DNA of 61,710 nucleotides from Candidatus Equicola stercoris. GTDB taxonomy: Bacteria > Bacteroidota > Bacteroidia > Bacteroidales > Bacteroidaceae. Numbering within the stretch: the first letter of the stretch is position 1; the number at the start of each line of letters is the position of its first letter. Under the pieces are notes generated by a model, which was not told the origin of the DNA, did not search any database, and worked only from the letters and a program-made list of their open reading frames with translations. The translations under genes were made by a program, and so were the position numbers. Location of the stretch: assembly GCA_018065415.1 (NCBI GenBank), contig JAGHTI010000013.1, forward strand, positions 1 to 61,710. The letters are read 5' to 3'. Positions 48,661-59,427 of this stretch are shown one piece after another.

Positions 48661-50052
48661 TTATTTCCAAAAATTAAAGAAATATACCTCCATATATAAG
48701 AATATCATACCCAACAGCCATCCAAGAAATATCTTCCCCGTAAACATCCTGAAGAATTTACGCAATGTTATCTTTTCCATCTTGAGATATGTGATGCCAC
48801 TCATGCTGCCTACACAAAACATTATACCTCCCATTGCGGTACAGTAAGATATTATCTTCCAATACGGACCGTTCTGTGCGAACACTCCCACTGGGTCTAT
48901 ATCAAACATCTCAAAACTTGTAAATGCTGTTGTAAACGTATCAAGGAAAGTACTTACGATTCCTGCTATTGTACCATAAAGGAACACGTCATTATGTAGA
49001 AATTCGCCATATTTGTCGGCAAACATATTAAGATATCCAGTTTCTTTCACAACTCCCAATGTCAACATTATGCCAATGATATACAGTATTGTCTGGATAC
49101 TCATATATTGTATTGCTCTCGGACGGCGTTGCTGCACCATCTGTTCTGAGTTGATAAGTTTTCTGTTCATACCCTCGTTGACTATCCATACCACAGCAAG
49201 CACACACATCGCACCGAGGAATGGACTCAGGTGAGTAAACTTTGTAAAGGTCGGGACAAGCCACAGGCACGCAAAACTTACTGCAAACATTATTATCTGC
49301 TGTTTTGATGTCAAGCGTGTATCGTCTCCTCTGAAAGGAACAATAAATGTCTGCAAGTCCATACGCTCAGGCAGTTTTCTGGAGATAAGATATATCGGCA
49401 CTATGGCAGCAATCATACAAGGCAACACCAGTGATGCAGTGAAATTTGTTGCAGTCACAGCCTCACGGCTCCACAACACCAATCCCACAGGGTCACCGAT
49501 GACAGTCATACATCCTCCGCATGTCACCGCTATAAGCACAGCACAACCATAATACATCCTGTACTGTTTGTTGGCAATAAGCTTATGCACTATCAGAAGC
49601 ATCATGATGGTCACAGACACATTGTCTATGCTACATGACAGGGCAAAGGACACCGCTGACACGTACCATAACAACTTGCGAGAATTGCGTGTTTTAAAGA
49701 AATCAGTGAGAAAATCAAAACATCCATTGTTATCCAATATCTCTATGATAGACATTGTCGCCAACAGGAACAATACCACCTCCGCCGCACGTCCTATATA
49801 ACGTATGAAGACATTTTGAGAGATAAACAACTTTGCATTTTCTGCAGAAGGAGCATCACCCAACAGGAACATCAGATACTCACGAGGATGCTGTGCCGTG
49901 ACGAAATCCGTCCCAAAACAGATATACAGTACCCACCCTGTCACAGCAGTAAACATTGCCACCGCAGCCTTGTTTACGTTCGTAAAGTTTGCCGTCGCAA
50001 TAAACAGAAAACCTAGCAACAGAATAGAGACTATAATAATAGATATATTCAT
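48661..50052 (-). CDS. NhaD-like Na+/H+ antiporter (IT superfamily)
   Basis: VNKAAVAMF, IDNVSVT, TVIGDP, multi-TM; -7 box at 50071-50078. Confidence 0.8.
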   Translation of the reverse strand: MNISIIIVSILLLGFLFIATANFTNVNKAAVAMFTAVTGWVLYICFGTDFVTAQHPREYLMFLLGDAPSAENAKLFISQNVFIRYIGRAAEVVLFLLATMSIIEILDNNGCFDFLTDFFKTRNSRKLLWYVSAVSFALSCSIDNVSVTIMMLLIVHKLIANKQYRMYYGCAVLIAVTCGGCMTVIGDPVGLVLWSREAVTATNFTASLVLPCMIAAIVPIYLISRKLPERMDLQTFIVPFRGDDTRLTSKQQIIMFAVSFACLWLVPTFTKFTHLSPFLGAMCVLAVVWIVNEGMNRKLINSEQMVQQRRPRAIQYMSIQTILYIIGIMLTLGVVKETGYLNMFADKYGEFLHNDVFLYGTIAGIVSTFLDTFTTAFTSFEMFDIDPVGVFAQNGPYWKIISYCTAMGGIMFCVGSMSGITYLKMEKITLRKFFRMFTGKIFLGWLLGMIFLYMEVYFFNFWK

Positions 50053-50081
50053 AATTCTTATAATCGCTTGCAAAGGTAATT

Positions 50082-50140
50082 AAAAAATAGAAAAATAGAA
50101 AATTAGAAAAATAGAAAATCTAACTCTAAGCTCTCAGCTC
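50082..50140. repeat. 8-bp (AAAATAGA) and 7-bp (AGCTCTM) arrays
   Basis: About 4 AAAATAGA units. ACTCTAAGCTCTCAGCT also occurs at 47110-47126. Confidence 0.75.
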
Positions 50141-50637
50141 TATTCAGCAGTTCTTATTATTATCGACGTAGCACCTATCGTAAAGATGGTACCATCAGTC
50201 ACCACACGGAGTTCCCTATCACCAAGGATTTCATTGTCTATCCACGTGCCAGTATTGCTCGGACCGTCACGCAGCACATATCTAAGAGCACCCTTTTTAT
50301 CCCTACTCACATTTATCACACAGTGTGTAAAATCCACACTCGGGTCGTTAGTTTCTATCGGAGTCGTTATCTTTCCCGTTTTATGATAACGCCCTATCAC
50401 GTTATCCCCCATACGAAGCGGCAACACCTGTTTCACATGAAACACATTCTCTATCACCACGATGTGTCCCACCATATCCTCTTCCCCATCATTAGAAGTC
50501 GTAATGGTAGGTTTTATCCTAATAGCAAACTCCCTTCCGCACTGCGGACACTGAAAGACCAGTTTTTGTCCCGGTTCATAACGGGTCTCGTCAAATTTTA
50601 TATAATAGTCACACTTCGGACATCTTACACGTTTCAT
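50140..50637 (-). CDS. Zinc-ribbon plus FHA domain protein
   Basis: CPKC...CPQC, GDNVIGR, SNTGTWI. ATG 50637. Confidence 0.85.
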   Translation of the reverse strand: MKRVRCPKCDYYIKFDETRYEPGQKLVFQCPQCGREFAIRIKPTITTSNDGEEDMVGHIVVIENVFHVKQVLPLRMGDNVIGRYHKTGKITTPIETNDPSVDFTHCVINVSRDKKGALRYVLRDGPSNTGTWIDNEILGDRELRVVTDGTIFTIGATSIIIRTAE

Positions 50638-50715
50638 CTTAATGTTTTTTAAAGGACACAAAAGTAAACAAAAAATCACTTAATACAAAATAATCCATTC
50701 TGGAATTTTCGTTTT

Positions 50716-50931
50716 AATAACGATACACTGCGTTACGATACGAACAAAGTTCTACGATACACTGCGTTACGATAACTCATAGTAGTGAAACAATCGTAGT
50801 GATAACGTATCGTAGCGAAACGTATCGTAGTGATAACGTATCGTGGTGATAACGTATCGTAGTGATAACGTATCGTAGTGAAACGTATCGTAGTGATCAC
50901 GTATCGTAATGAAACGTATCGTTATCGTAGG
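50716..50931. repeat. GTATCGTA/mini-hairpin micro-array A6 (two inverted halves)
   Basis: First half is the reverse complement of 1619-1679. Second half has GTGATAAC, GCGAAAC, GTGAAAC and GTGATCAC between octamers. Confidence 0.92.
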
Positions 50932-50946
50932 CAAACCCTTGTGGGG

Positions 50947-51000
50947 GGCGGACATTGAATATGTCTGCTTGCGACAACTTGACATCAGTCAACAAAGGAG
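50947..51000. repeat. Hairpin module D
   Basis: GGCGGACAT-tgaat-ATGTCTGCT-TGCGAC-aac-TTGAC-atca-GTCAA-caaAGGAG. Confidence 0.8.
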
Positions 51001-51069
51001 TGCCTTTAGGCTTAGAGGAGGCTTCTACACTCATTCAATGCGAGTTTAGGCGAAAAAATCGGAGTTTTT

Positions 51070-51101
51070 TTTGTTTCTGTTTTCGATTTACACTAATTTT
51101 G
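51070..51101 (+). promoter_or_regulatory. Promoter for the ftsE operon
   Basis: TTTG 51070-51073, 20 nt, TAATTTTG 51094-51101. Confidence 0.65.
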
Positions 51102-51130
51102 TAAGCAAAAAAAAATTAAGAACAAACATT

Positions 51131-51796
51131 ATGCTTGTAAATTATAAAAACGTAGATGTTTACCAAGATGACACTCTTGTCCTTGAGAAAGTGAACCTTA
51201 GTATTGACAAAGGCGAACTGATATACATAATTGGTAAGGTGGGCTCAGGGAAGAGTTCTCTGCTCAAGACTATATATTGTGACCTCGACGTTCAGTCAAC
51301 GTGTGACACTGCTATCGTGCTGGGAGAGGATTATAAGTGTTTGAAGAAGAGTCGCATACCGCAGTTGCGAAAACAGATGGGACTCATCTTCCAAGATTTC
51401 AAACTTCTTGAAGACCGTACCGTGGGCGACAACCTGCGTTTCATATTACACTCAACGGGATGGAAGGATGCGATGGACATCGAAGCACGCATCAAAGCCA
51501 TGCTCACGGAGGTGGGAATGGAAGACTTTATTGACAAAAGACCTTATATGTTGTCGGGAGGTGAGCGTCAGCGCGTAGCCATAGCACGTGCCATGCTCAA
51601 TAGTCCGAAGATGATAATTGCTGATGAACCTACAGGACATCTAGACCCTGAGAGTGAGGAAGGGATAATAACACTCTTTGAAGAAATCAGTAAGTCTGGG
51701 ACTGCTGTGGTAATCTCCACACACAGATATCAGATGATAGACCGTCATCCTGGAAGAGTGTATAAGTGTGAGAACGGAAAGTTTACCGAAGTGTGA
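51131..51796 (+). CDS. ftsE: Cell division ABC ATPase FtsE-like
   Basis: GKVGSGKS, IFQDFKLL, LSGGERQRVAIARA, ADEPTG. Confidence 0.85.
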   Translation: MLVNYKNVDVYQDDTLVLEKVNLSIDKGELIYIIGKVGSGKSSLLKTIYCDLDVQSTCDTAIVLGEDYKCLKKSRIPQLRKQMGLIFQDFKLLEDRTVGDNLRFILHSTGWKDAMDIEARIKAMLTEVGMEDFIDKRPYMLSGGERQRVAIARAMLNSPKMIIADEPTGHLDPESEEGIITLFEEISKSGTAVVISTHRYQMIDRHPGRVYKCENGKFTEV

Positions 51797-51808
51797 CAAC
51801 GTGACAAA

Positions 51809-52858
51809 ATGAAAGTTTTACACATCATCTTTGACAACAACCTGAAGTCGCCCGTGAATAGTCTCAAGAACATCACGATGCTGACATCAACGACATTAAC
51901 CCATCGTGTTATCACTGACCAAGCGGTGGACTTGCCAGAGGAACAACTTATTTCCATTGCACTGAAACAATGGAACACCATATCTATCTGCAACAAGTTT
52001 CTGAACATTCTCTTCACGGAGATGCCCGACATTGTACACATACACAGCTGTTGGAATCACAATGCTGCACAATGTTTGCGTATGGCTAAACGGAGGGGAT
52101 TCGTGACTTTCTTCTCACCTTACAGAGATCTGCAACCAACGGTTATGAAGATTCATTTCTGGACAGACAAGGTATGGAAATGGTTGTGGTTTCAACGCAA
52201 GATGCTCAAACAAGCAGACTATATCTTTGCTCAGGACGAGAAAGAAATGATGGAACTCTACAACCTGGGACGCCTGCAAAACATTGCTCTCATCAACGTT
52301 TTAGCAAGTAGGTCGGAGGAGACGACGACAAAGATTGTCAATACATACATTTCTGCATGTGAAGAAAAAGATGCACGACAACTGAGCATTGGACTATTGC
52401 GTATCATACATAAACAGTTGAATCTGCTTATTCAAGGTGAAAGGCCTTATTCTGTAACTCTGCCTGAACATGAACAACGTCAATATAACATTTTCTGTCA
52501 CAGACAGGGACTGGACAAGATTATGAAAGGGTTCCGCATAAAGAAATATGATAGCACGGAGATTTTGGACATCCTATTAAAGAGTATTAAAGATTTTAGA
52601 CGCAACCTGAACAGACACAAGGCTACGTTTGCTGAGGTGTTCACCATCGTTGCCATGATGCAGAACAATGATTATGACGAAGACCTTCTGTGTGGTCGTC
52701 TTACAAAAAATAAAAATATGATGTTCACCAGACGCATCATCGCCATTGCTGATGAGCTGTGCGGAGTCATCCCTGGTTTCATGCCTGCATTACCTCTCAA
52801 AGATGCAACTACCGAAAAAATGAAATTGCAGATTCTGAACAGAAAAAATGATAACTAA
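51809..52858 (+). CDS. Protein with glycosyltransferase family 4 N-terminal-like domain
   Basis: PDIVHIHSCW motif; C-terminal half not recognised. Confidence 0.6.
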   Translation: MKVLHIIFDNNLKSPVNSLKNITMLTSTTLTHRVITDQAVDLPEEQLISIALKQWNTISICNKFLNILFTEMPDIVHIHSCWNHNAAQCLRMAKRRGFVTFFSPYRDLQPTVMKIHFWTDKVWKWLWFQRKMLKQADYIFAQDEKEMMELYNLGRLQNIALINVLASRSEETTTKIVNTYISACEEKDARQLSIGLLRIIHKQLNLLIQGERPYSVTLPEHEQRQYNIFCHRQGLDKIMKGFRIKKYDSTEILDILLKSIKDFRRNLNRHKATFAEVFTIVAMMQNNDYDEDLLCGRLTKNKNMMFTRRIIAIADELCGVIPGFMPALPLKDATTEKMKLQILNRKNDN

Positions 52859-54734
52859 GGACATCCAATATCTGAAACTCCTGTCGCAGAGATATCCTAA
52901 CATCAATGTGGCAAGTACGGAGATAATTAACCTGGAAGCAATTCTGAATCTGCCTAAGGGGACAGAACATTTCATTGCAGACATACACGGCGAAAATGAT
53001 GCGTTCCAACATGTATTGAAAAATGCTTCGGGAAGCATAAGACGCAAGGTACAGTATCTCTTTCATCTTCCAGAGGAGAAGGAAAAAGAACTCTGTACTC
53101 TAATATATTATCCCGAACAGAAAATTGAACTTATAAAACAGAGTGTAGAAAATCTTACACGATGGTACCAACAGACTCTTCAACAACTGGTTACGGTATG
53201 CCGTGATGTATCGTCAAAATACACTCGTGCATACGTTCGTGAGGCTCTCCCAAAAGATTTTGGATACATAATAGAAGAATTGCTACACGAAAACAGTGAC
53301 GACAAGGATAAACAGGCTTACGTAACCAGCATCCTTCGCACAATAATAAATACTGGTCGTGCTGACGACTTCATCATCACCATCTGCAACGTCATACAAC
53401 GGCTTGCTATAGAAAAACTGCATATCCTCGGTGACATCTTTGACCGTGGGCCTGGTGCACATCTCATCCTTGAGAAACTGAAAACTTTCCACAACTGGGA
53501 CATAGTATGGGGCAACCATGATGCACTCTGGATGGGGGCATGTGCTGGCAACGACGCTTGTATATGCAATGTGTTACGTATTTCATTTAGATATGCCAAC
53601 ATGACAACGCTTGAAGATGGCTACGGAATAAACATGCTTCCGTTGGCAACTTTTGCTATGGAAAACTACAAGGATGACCCTTGTACTGAGTTTCGACCCA
53701 TATTGCCTAATGGCAAGTCTCTGCCGGAAAACACGATGCGTTTGCTGGCAAAGATGCACAAGGCCATCACCATCATACAGTTCAAGGTGGAAGCCGAACT
53801 ATACCACCGACATAAGGAATGGGATATGGAAGACCGTGACTTGCTTCATACCATAGGCATTGACACAAAACTGTCTCGTGCAGAGAGTCAGGTCATGCAA
53901 CAACTGCATCATTCTTTTGCTGTCAGCGACAGACTGAAGAAACATATAAAGATGTTGCTATCACACGGATGTATGTACAAAATCACCAACAACAATCTTC
54001 TTTATCATGCATCTGTGCCTCTTAACGATGATGGTACGTTGAAAAACGTCAGAGTATTCGGAAAACAATATAAAGGTAAGGAGTTGATGCACCGTATTGG
54101 CATGCTTGTCCGTACCGCTTTCAATCACGACAATGGTGATGACGAAGAACGCAGATATGCCATCGACTACTTCCTATACTTATGGTGCGGTAAAGACTCC
54201 CCTCTTTTCGACAAGGACAAGATGCGTACCTTTGAGAGGTATTTCTACAAGGATGAGAAATTGTGGCATGAGGAGAAAGGTGTCTATTTCCGTATGCGTG
54301 ACAACGAGGAGATTGCAGACCGCATACTCCACAATTTCGGCATACGCGGAAGGAATGCACATATCATCAACGGCCATGTGCCAGTACATGTCGGCGGAGG
54401 TGAGAATCCTATCAAGGCGAATGGTAAGATTATGGTCATCGATGCCGGTTTCTCTGAACCATATCATAAAGCAACTGGAGTGGCTGGATGCACTCTGGTA
54501 TATCATTCACGTGGTTTCCAATTGGTTATTCACGAACCATTCAAAAGTGCCCGCCATGCCATCTCCACTGGTAGCGACATCGTGTCAACGACAGAAATCG
54601 TGGAGATGAGTAGTCATCGTATGAGGGTACGCGACACTGACGAAGGACGCGACATCATGAGACGTATCAACGAACTACGAGATTTACTATATGCCTACCG
54701 ACATGGCATGCTTAATGAAAAATCGAACATTTGA
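52848..54734 (+). CDS. fbp: Class III fructose-1,6-bisphosphatase
   Basis: LNLPKGTEHF, DIHGE, GDIFDRGP, WGNHD, INGHVPV. Confidence 0.94.
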   Translation: MITKDIQYLKLLSQRYPNINVASTEIINLEAILNLPKGTEHFIADIHGENDAFQHVLKNASGSIRRKVQYLFHLPEEKEKELCTLIYYPEQKIELIKQSVENLTRWYQQTLQQLVTVCRDVSSKYTRAYVREALPKDFGYIIEELLHENSDDKDKQAYVTSILRTIINTGRADDFIITICNVIQRLAIEKLHILGDIFDRGPGAHLILEKLKTFHNWDIVWGNHDALWMGACAGNDACICNVLRISFRYANMTTLEDGYGINMLPLATFAMENYKDDPCTEFRPILPNGKSLPENTMRLLAKMHKAITIIQFKVEAELYHRHKEWDMEDRDLLHTIGIDTKLSRAESQVMQQLHHSFAVSDRLKKHIKMLLSHGCMYKITNNNLLYHASVPLNDDGTLKNVRVFGKQYKGKELMHRIGMLVRTAFNHDNGDDEERRYAIDYFLYLWCGKDSPLFDKDKMRTFERYFYKDEKLWHEEKGVYFRMRDNEEIADRILHNFGIRGRNAHIINGHVPVHVGGGENPIKANGKIMVIDAGFSEPYHKATGVAGCTLVYHSRGFQLVIHEPFKSARHAISTGSDIVSTTEIVEMSSHRMRVRDTDEGRDIMRRINELRDLLYAYRHGMLNEKSNI

Positions 54735-54746
54735 AAAACTTTCATC

Positions 54747-57131
54747 ATGAAGAAAATACTTACCATCGTCTTATTAATGTTCTTCTTCATGCCAGCCAAT
54801 GCTGTGCTGAAAGAGGCAGACCTTGAGCAGACACTGAAAATCTTGCGTACAGAACTGAGTTTTGAGTACAAAGATCTACAGGCAAAAACAAACATGGCAA
54901 AGGAGAGAAGCGAACAGGCACGCGCCGAACTCATCAGTACCATGAAGAAAAGCGAACAAAATGCTCTCATGCTCTATTCGCAACAGTCTGACTATGTCTT
55001 TGACCTGACTTACGTATGCAACGAGGTAACAAAACTATGGAAAGAGTTCAAAGAGTCGAGCATGCCTTTCGACAAGATAATAACATACTATGAGACGGAT
55101 ATTGTCCGATACGAGAAACTGCGTAAGAGTCTGCAGGCGATGCCACGTCACATGCTTTCTGATGAAGGAAAGACAAACAGAACTGTTTGCTTGACACTCG
55201 CCACGGCATTGGAGAACATGATAAAAGGAAATCTCGAGCAGTACAGAAGCGATATCGAAAACAATAAGTTTGTCAGAGAACGTCTGGAAGAACAACATAA
55301 ATATGCACAAGAGCGATACGATGCCGTCCAGCAGAGCATCTTCGTAAATGGAGAACAGACCTATTTCACCATGCTTAAGCATGTAAATAGAAACATCTCC
55401 ATGGCGATAAGGACAATACATAGCAAATATATTCCTTATGACAACAACAGAAGCCAATGGGGCGGACGACTCATCATCTGGCTTTTCATCATCATCTTCA
55501 TCTATGCAGCACTGTCCATAATCATCAGTACCGCACTTATGCACATCCTTGTACCACGACTGATGAGAAAGAAATGGTGGCCAGCAAACTTCTCCAAGAA
55601 AGACTTTTTGAAGAAACGTCCGTATATAATCATGGCTCTCACCGTAATCTTCTTTGCTGTCATCCTAGCCATAATACGTATTTTCATCAGCACACAGAAC
55701 TTCATTATCATGGCAAGCGACCTACTTGTAGAGTTCGCATGGCTTATGAGCATCATCCTCGTGTCGCTACTCGTGAGAATAGACAGCAAACATATCAAAA
55801 ACGGATTCAAGGTTTACATGCCAATACTCATCATGGGATTCTTGGTTATCCTATTCCGAATAATACTCATCCCAAACATTCTCGTAAACCTCATCTTCCC
55901 TATCATCCTGTTGCTATTTATGCTGTGGCAATGGGCAGAGTTGGCACGTCATAAGGATGGGCTAAATAAGGAGGACAAGATATACAGTTGGATTACATTA
56001 TTCGTCTTCATCTTCTCCACAGGAAGCAGTTGGATAGGCTACACTCTTTTTGCCGTACAGGTACTGATATGGTGGATAATGCAACTGACGTGCATCCTTA
56101 CCATAACGTTTTTCTACAAAATACTGAAGACATACGGAAGGAAGCATTATAACCAAGAAACACCTATTTCCGATATTTGGTTCTACGGATTTCTGCGAGA
56201 TGTGCTATTACCAGTATGTGGAGTTTACTCCATCGTGCTGAGCATATATTGGGCAGCAGAGGTCTTTGACCTCAGTGCATTGTGTTGGAAGATTTTCTAT
56301 CTTGACTTTGTCAATACTGCAAATTTCAAGTTGAGTCTCATGAAACTATGTCTTGTCCTATCGCTGATATTCTTGTTTCAATATATCAATAAAGTGGCAA
56401 GAAAAGCATTACAGTATCATTTCGAGAAGAAAGAAGTCGTAGGCAGACACGGCAACCGTGCCGTCATGGGTGCCAATGCACTCAACATCCTCGTATGGGG
56501 ATTGTTCATCATCATCACAATGAACATCTTGAGGGTTGGCAACACATGGCTCGTAGTTATCTCTGGAGGTCTTGCTACCGGTCTTGGTTTTGCATCTAAA
56601 GATATTCTGGAAAACATCTACTACGGCATATCCCTCATGGCAGGACGCATACATATCGGTGACATGATAGAGATTGACGGCATACGTGGCAAGGTGGATG
56701 ACATGAACTACACCAGCACTATGATAGAGGCTGTCGATGGTAGTATAATAGCATTCCAAAACTCACAACTGTTTACGAAGAACTACAAAAATCTCACAAA
56801 AAACAATGGTTGGGAGGTCATCAGCATCCCTGTTGGAGTTGCCTACGGAACGAATGTAAATGAAGCAAAACAAATCATCATCGATGCCTGTATGCAAACT
56901 ATAGACCGTTTAAGAAAGGACGACAAAGATTGGATAGACCGTTCTCGTGGCATAACAGTAAATTTCATGGACTTCGGAGCAAGCAGCATAGACCTTCTGG
57001 TTTTTGCATGGGTAAAGGTGTCTAACAAACTCTCTGCACAGGATGCTCTGCGTATGGCCATTTATGATAGTCTCAATTCTGCACATGTCGAAATACCTTT
57101 CCCACAGCAAGATATTCACATCAAAAAATGA
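54747..57131 (+). CDS. Large MscS-family mechanosensitive channel
   Basis: Helical N-terminus, many TMs, GLGFASKDILEN, IPFPQQDIHI. Confidence 0.92.
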   Translation: MKKILTIVLLMFFFMPANAVLKEADLEQTLKILRTELSFEYKDLQAKTNMAKERSEQARAELISTMKKSEQNALMLYSQQSDYVFDLTYVCNEVTKLWKEFKESSMPFDKIITYYETDIVRYEKLRKSLQAMPRHMLSDEGKTNRTVCLTLATALENMIKGNLEQYRSDIENNKFVRERLEEQHKYAQERYDAVQQSIFVNGEQTYFTMLKHVNRNISMAIRTIHSKYIPYDNNRSQWGGRLIIWLFIIIFIYAALSIIISTALMHILVPRLMRKKWWPANFSKKDFLKKRPYIIMALTVIFFAVILAIIRIFISTQNFIIMASDLLVEFAWLMSIILVSLLVRIDSKHIKNGFKVYMPILIMGFLVILFRIILIPNILVNLIFPIILLLFMLWQWAELARHKDGLNKEDKIYSWITLFVFIFSTGSSWIGYTLFAVQVLIWWIMQLTCILTITFFYKILKTYGRKHYNQETPISDIWFYGFLRDVLLPVCGVYSIVLSIYWAAEVFDLSALCWKIFYLDFVNTANFKLSLMKLCLVLSLIFLFQYINKVARKALQYHFEKKEVVGRHGNRAVMGANALNILVWGLFIIITMNILRVGNTWLVVISGGLATGLGFASKDILENIYYGISLMAGRIHIGDMIEIDGIRGKVDDMNYTSTMIEAVDGSIIAFQNSQLFTKNYKNLTKNNGWEVISIPVGVAYGTNVNEAKQIIIDACMQTIDRLRKDDKDWIDRSRGITVNFMDFGASSIDLLVFAWVKVSNKLSAQDALRMAIYDSLNSAHVEIPFPQQDIHIKK

Positions 57132-58411
57132 AAATAAGACACAAACACATATTTCTGCTTTTTACCTTTTTATTGATGTCCATCAGCACATCAGCGGCAG
57201 ATGTTGTCAGCAGTGACTCTGCTGTGGTAAAATCACTACAAGCCGAAGGTGTCGTCTTCTCACACGACAACTCTGTCGTACTATTCAAAAATGGACAGGA
57301 AAAATTCGATGATATGTTTGCTGCCATACGACAGGCAAAGCATAGCGTACACTTGGAGTATTTCAACTTTCGTAACGACTCCATAGCAGGACTCCTCTTC
57401 GACATCTTGGCAGAGAAGGTTAAGGAAGGTGTGAAGGTAAGGGCATTGTTCGATGCCTTTGGCAATTCCAGCAATAATAAACCGCTGAAGAAAAAACATC
57501 TCAAAAACATACGTGACAGAGGCATCGAGATTTATGAGTACTCCCCTATCGTCTTTCCATGGGTAAACCATGTCTGGACTCGTGACCATCGTAAGATTGT
57601 CGTCATTGACGGCAAGGTGGCTTATACTGGTGGTATGAACGTCGCCGACTACTATATCAAAGGTACAGAACAAGTTGGAGAATGGCGTGATATGCATTGC
57701 CGTATCGAAGGGAGTGCAGTGAATGAACTGCAAAAGATTTTTCTGCGTATATGGAACGAGACAAGCGGACAGCACGTCACCGGTGTAGGAGAGTTTCAGG
57801 GAGGAACTGATGTAAATCTGCAAGGTGTACGACCAGACACCACCGTCACCAAAGGTTCCAAAATGGTGGGCATCGCAAACCGCGAACCGCATACCTCAAA
57901 TCAGATTATGCGTACACTTTACTACCAAAGCATCCAAAATGCAGAAAGTCACATTCAAATCATAAACCCTTATTTTTCTCTCACCCACAAACTGAAGAAA
58001 CATCTCAAGCAGGCTTTGAAACGTGGTGTAAAAGTAGAAATCATCATAAGTTCTAAATACGATGAGCCTATAACACCCGACATAGGATTTCGCAATGCCC
58101 ACAAACTCATGCAGGCAGGAGCAGACATATACATATACATGCCGGGATTCCATCATTCAAAGGCCATGACGGTTGATGGCAAGTTCTGCACCGTAGGTAG
58201 TACAAATCTTGATGCACGTAGTCTTATGTGTGACCTTGAAGATAATGCCGTCATCATGGATAGACACACTACAAAAGAACTGAGTCGTATATTTGAGGCA
58301 GACAGAGATGAAAGGTGCATAAAGCTGACGGAGGAGAAATGGAAGAAGATGCGTACCCCGTGGCAACGCTTCCGTGGACAACTATTCTCTATTCTTACCC
58401 GATTCTTGTAA
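57128..58411 (+). CDS. cls: Cardiolipin synthase / phospholipase D family
   Basis: Two HKD motifs: HRKIVVID and HSKAMTVD. Confidence 0.9.
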   Translation: MKIRHKHIFLLFTFLLMSISTSAADVVSSDSAVVKSLQAEGVVFSHDNSVVLFKNGQEKFDDMFAAIRQAKHSVHLEYFNFRNDSIAGLLFDILAEKVKEGVKVRALFDAFGNSSNNKPLKKKHLKNIRDRGIEIYEYSPIVFPWVNHVWTRDHRKIVVIDGKVAYTGGMNVADYYIKGTEQVGEWRDMHCRIEGSAVNELQKIFLRIWNETSGQHVTGVGEFQGGTDVNLQGVRPDTTVTKGSKMVGIANREPHTSNQIMRTLYYQSIQNAESHIQIINPYFSLTHKLKKHLKQALKRGVKVEIIISSKYDEPITPDIGFRNAHKLMQAGADIYIYMPGFHHSKAMTVDGKFCTVGSTNLDARSLMCDLEDNAVIMDRHTTKELSRIFEADRDERCIKLTEEKWKKMRTPWQRFRGQLFSILTRFL

Positions 58412-58490
58412 CCTCTAAACTCTTATTCCCTAAATTCCTAAATTCCTAAATTCCTAATTCCCTAAATCCATAATTCCATAAATTCCACTC
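58411..58490. repeat. 8-bp tandem array (AATTCCTA-like)
   Basis: About 7 imperfect units filling the intergenic space. Confidence 0.85.
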
Positions 58491-58493
58491 CCA

Positions 58494-59426
58494 ATGTTCG
58501 ACTTAAAGAAACACAAGATACATCTCACCATTATCGGTGGTTCGCTAATCATCCTAACCATATTATTGCTATGTCTTATCGGGAACAATGAAGAAGACAA
58601 GTTGACAGAAGAACAGAAATTCAACCGTAATGCACTACATTGTGCTACACTCCCCACACTCGACTGTCTTCCAATCTTCGTAGCATACGAAGACAGCATC
58701 TTTTCTGCACAACAACTTGACATCATATTGATGCCTTTCCAGTCAGGTATGGACTGCGACACAGCACTTGTCGGAGGCAGTGCACAGATTGGTGTCAGCG
58801 ATGTAGTGAGAGCACAACGACTGATAAGAAAACGTGTGCCGTTGGATTTCCTTTCTGCCACAAATCAGAGATACAGCCTAATGACTAACGGAAAAGCAAG
58901 GATAAGAACTATCAAGGATTTTGACGACAAACTCATTGCTATTACACGATTCTCAGCAACTGACTTTTTGGCAGAATATGCCATTGACTCTGTAAAACTC
59001 AACAGACAGAAGGTTTATCGTGCACAAATCAACGATTTGGATATACGAGTCAAAATGCTTGTCAACAAAGAACTTGATGGTGCTTTGTTGCCGGAACCAC
59101 AGGCTACAGAAGTGCAAAATATGAAAAGCATACGATGTGCCGACTTTCACGAGATTCCATACCATTTCGGTGCTATAGTGTTACGTAGCGACCTCACAAA
59201 GGACAGCAAACGTAAGGAACAGATAAAAAAATTTAGACGTGCATACGATATGGCGGTTGATTCCATAAACAAATACGGATTGCAACATTATGGCAAATAT
59301 ATCAACAAATACTGTCATGTCAAGACATCTACGATAGACTCGCTGAAAGCACAGACATTTACACATATTAAGCCTATCAATGTCACATATATAAAATTGG
59401 CACAGAATTGGCTAAACAAACATTGA
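58494..59426 (+). CDS. ABC transporter substrate-binding protein (NitT/TauT-like), membrane anchored
   Basis: LPTLDCLP, MDCDTAL, LLPEPQAT. Confidence 0.75.
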   Translation: MFDLKKHKIHLTIIGGSLIILTILLLCLIGNNEEDKLTEEQKFNRNALHCATLPTLDCLPIFVAYEDSIFSAQQLDIILMPFQSGMDCDTALVGGSAQIGVSDVVRAQRLIRKRVPLDFLSATNQRYSLMTNGKARIRTIKDFDDKLIAITRFSATDFLAEYAIDSVKLNRQKVYRAQINDLDIRVKMLVNKELDGALLPEPQATEVQNMKSIRCADFHEIPYHFGAIVLRSDLTKDSKRKEQIKKFRRAYDMAVDSINKYGLQHYGKYINKYCHVKTSTIDSLKAQTFTHIKPINVTYIKLAQNWLNKH

Positions 59427-59427
59427 T

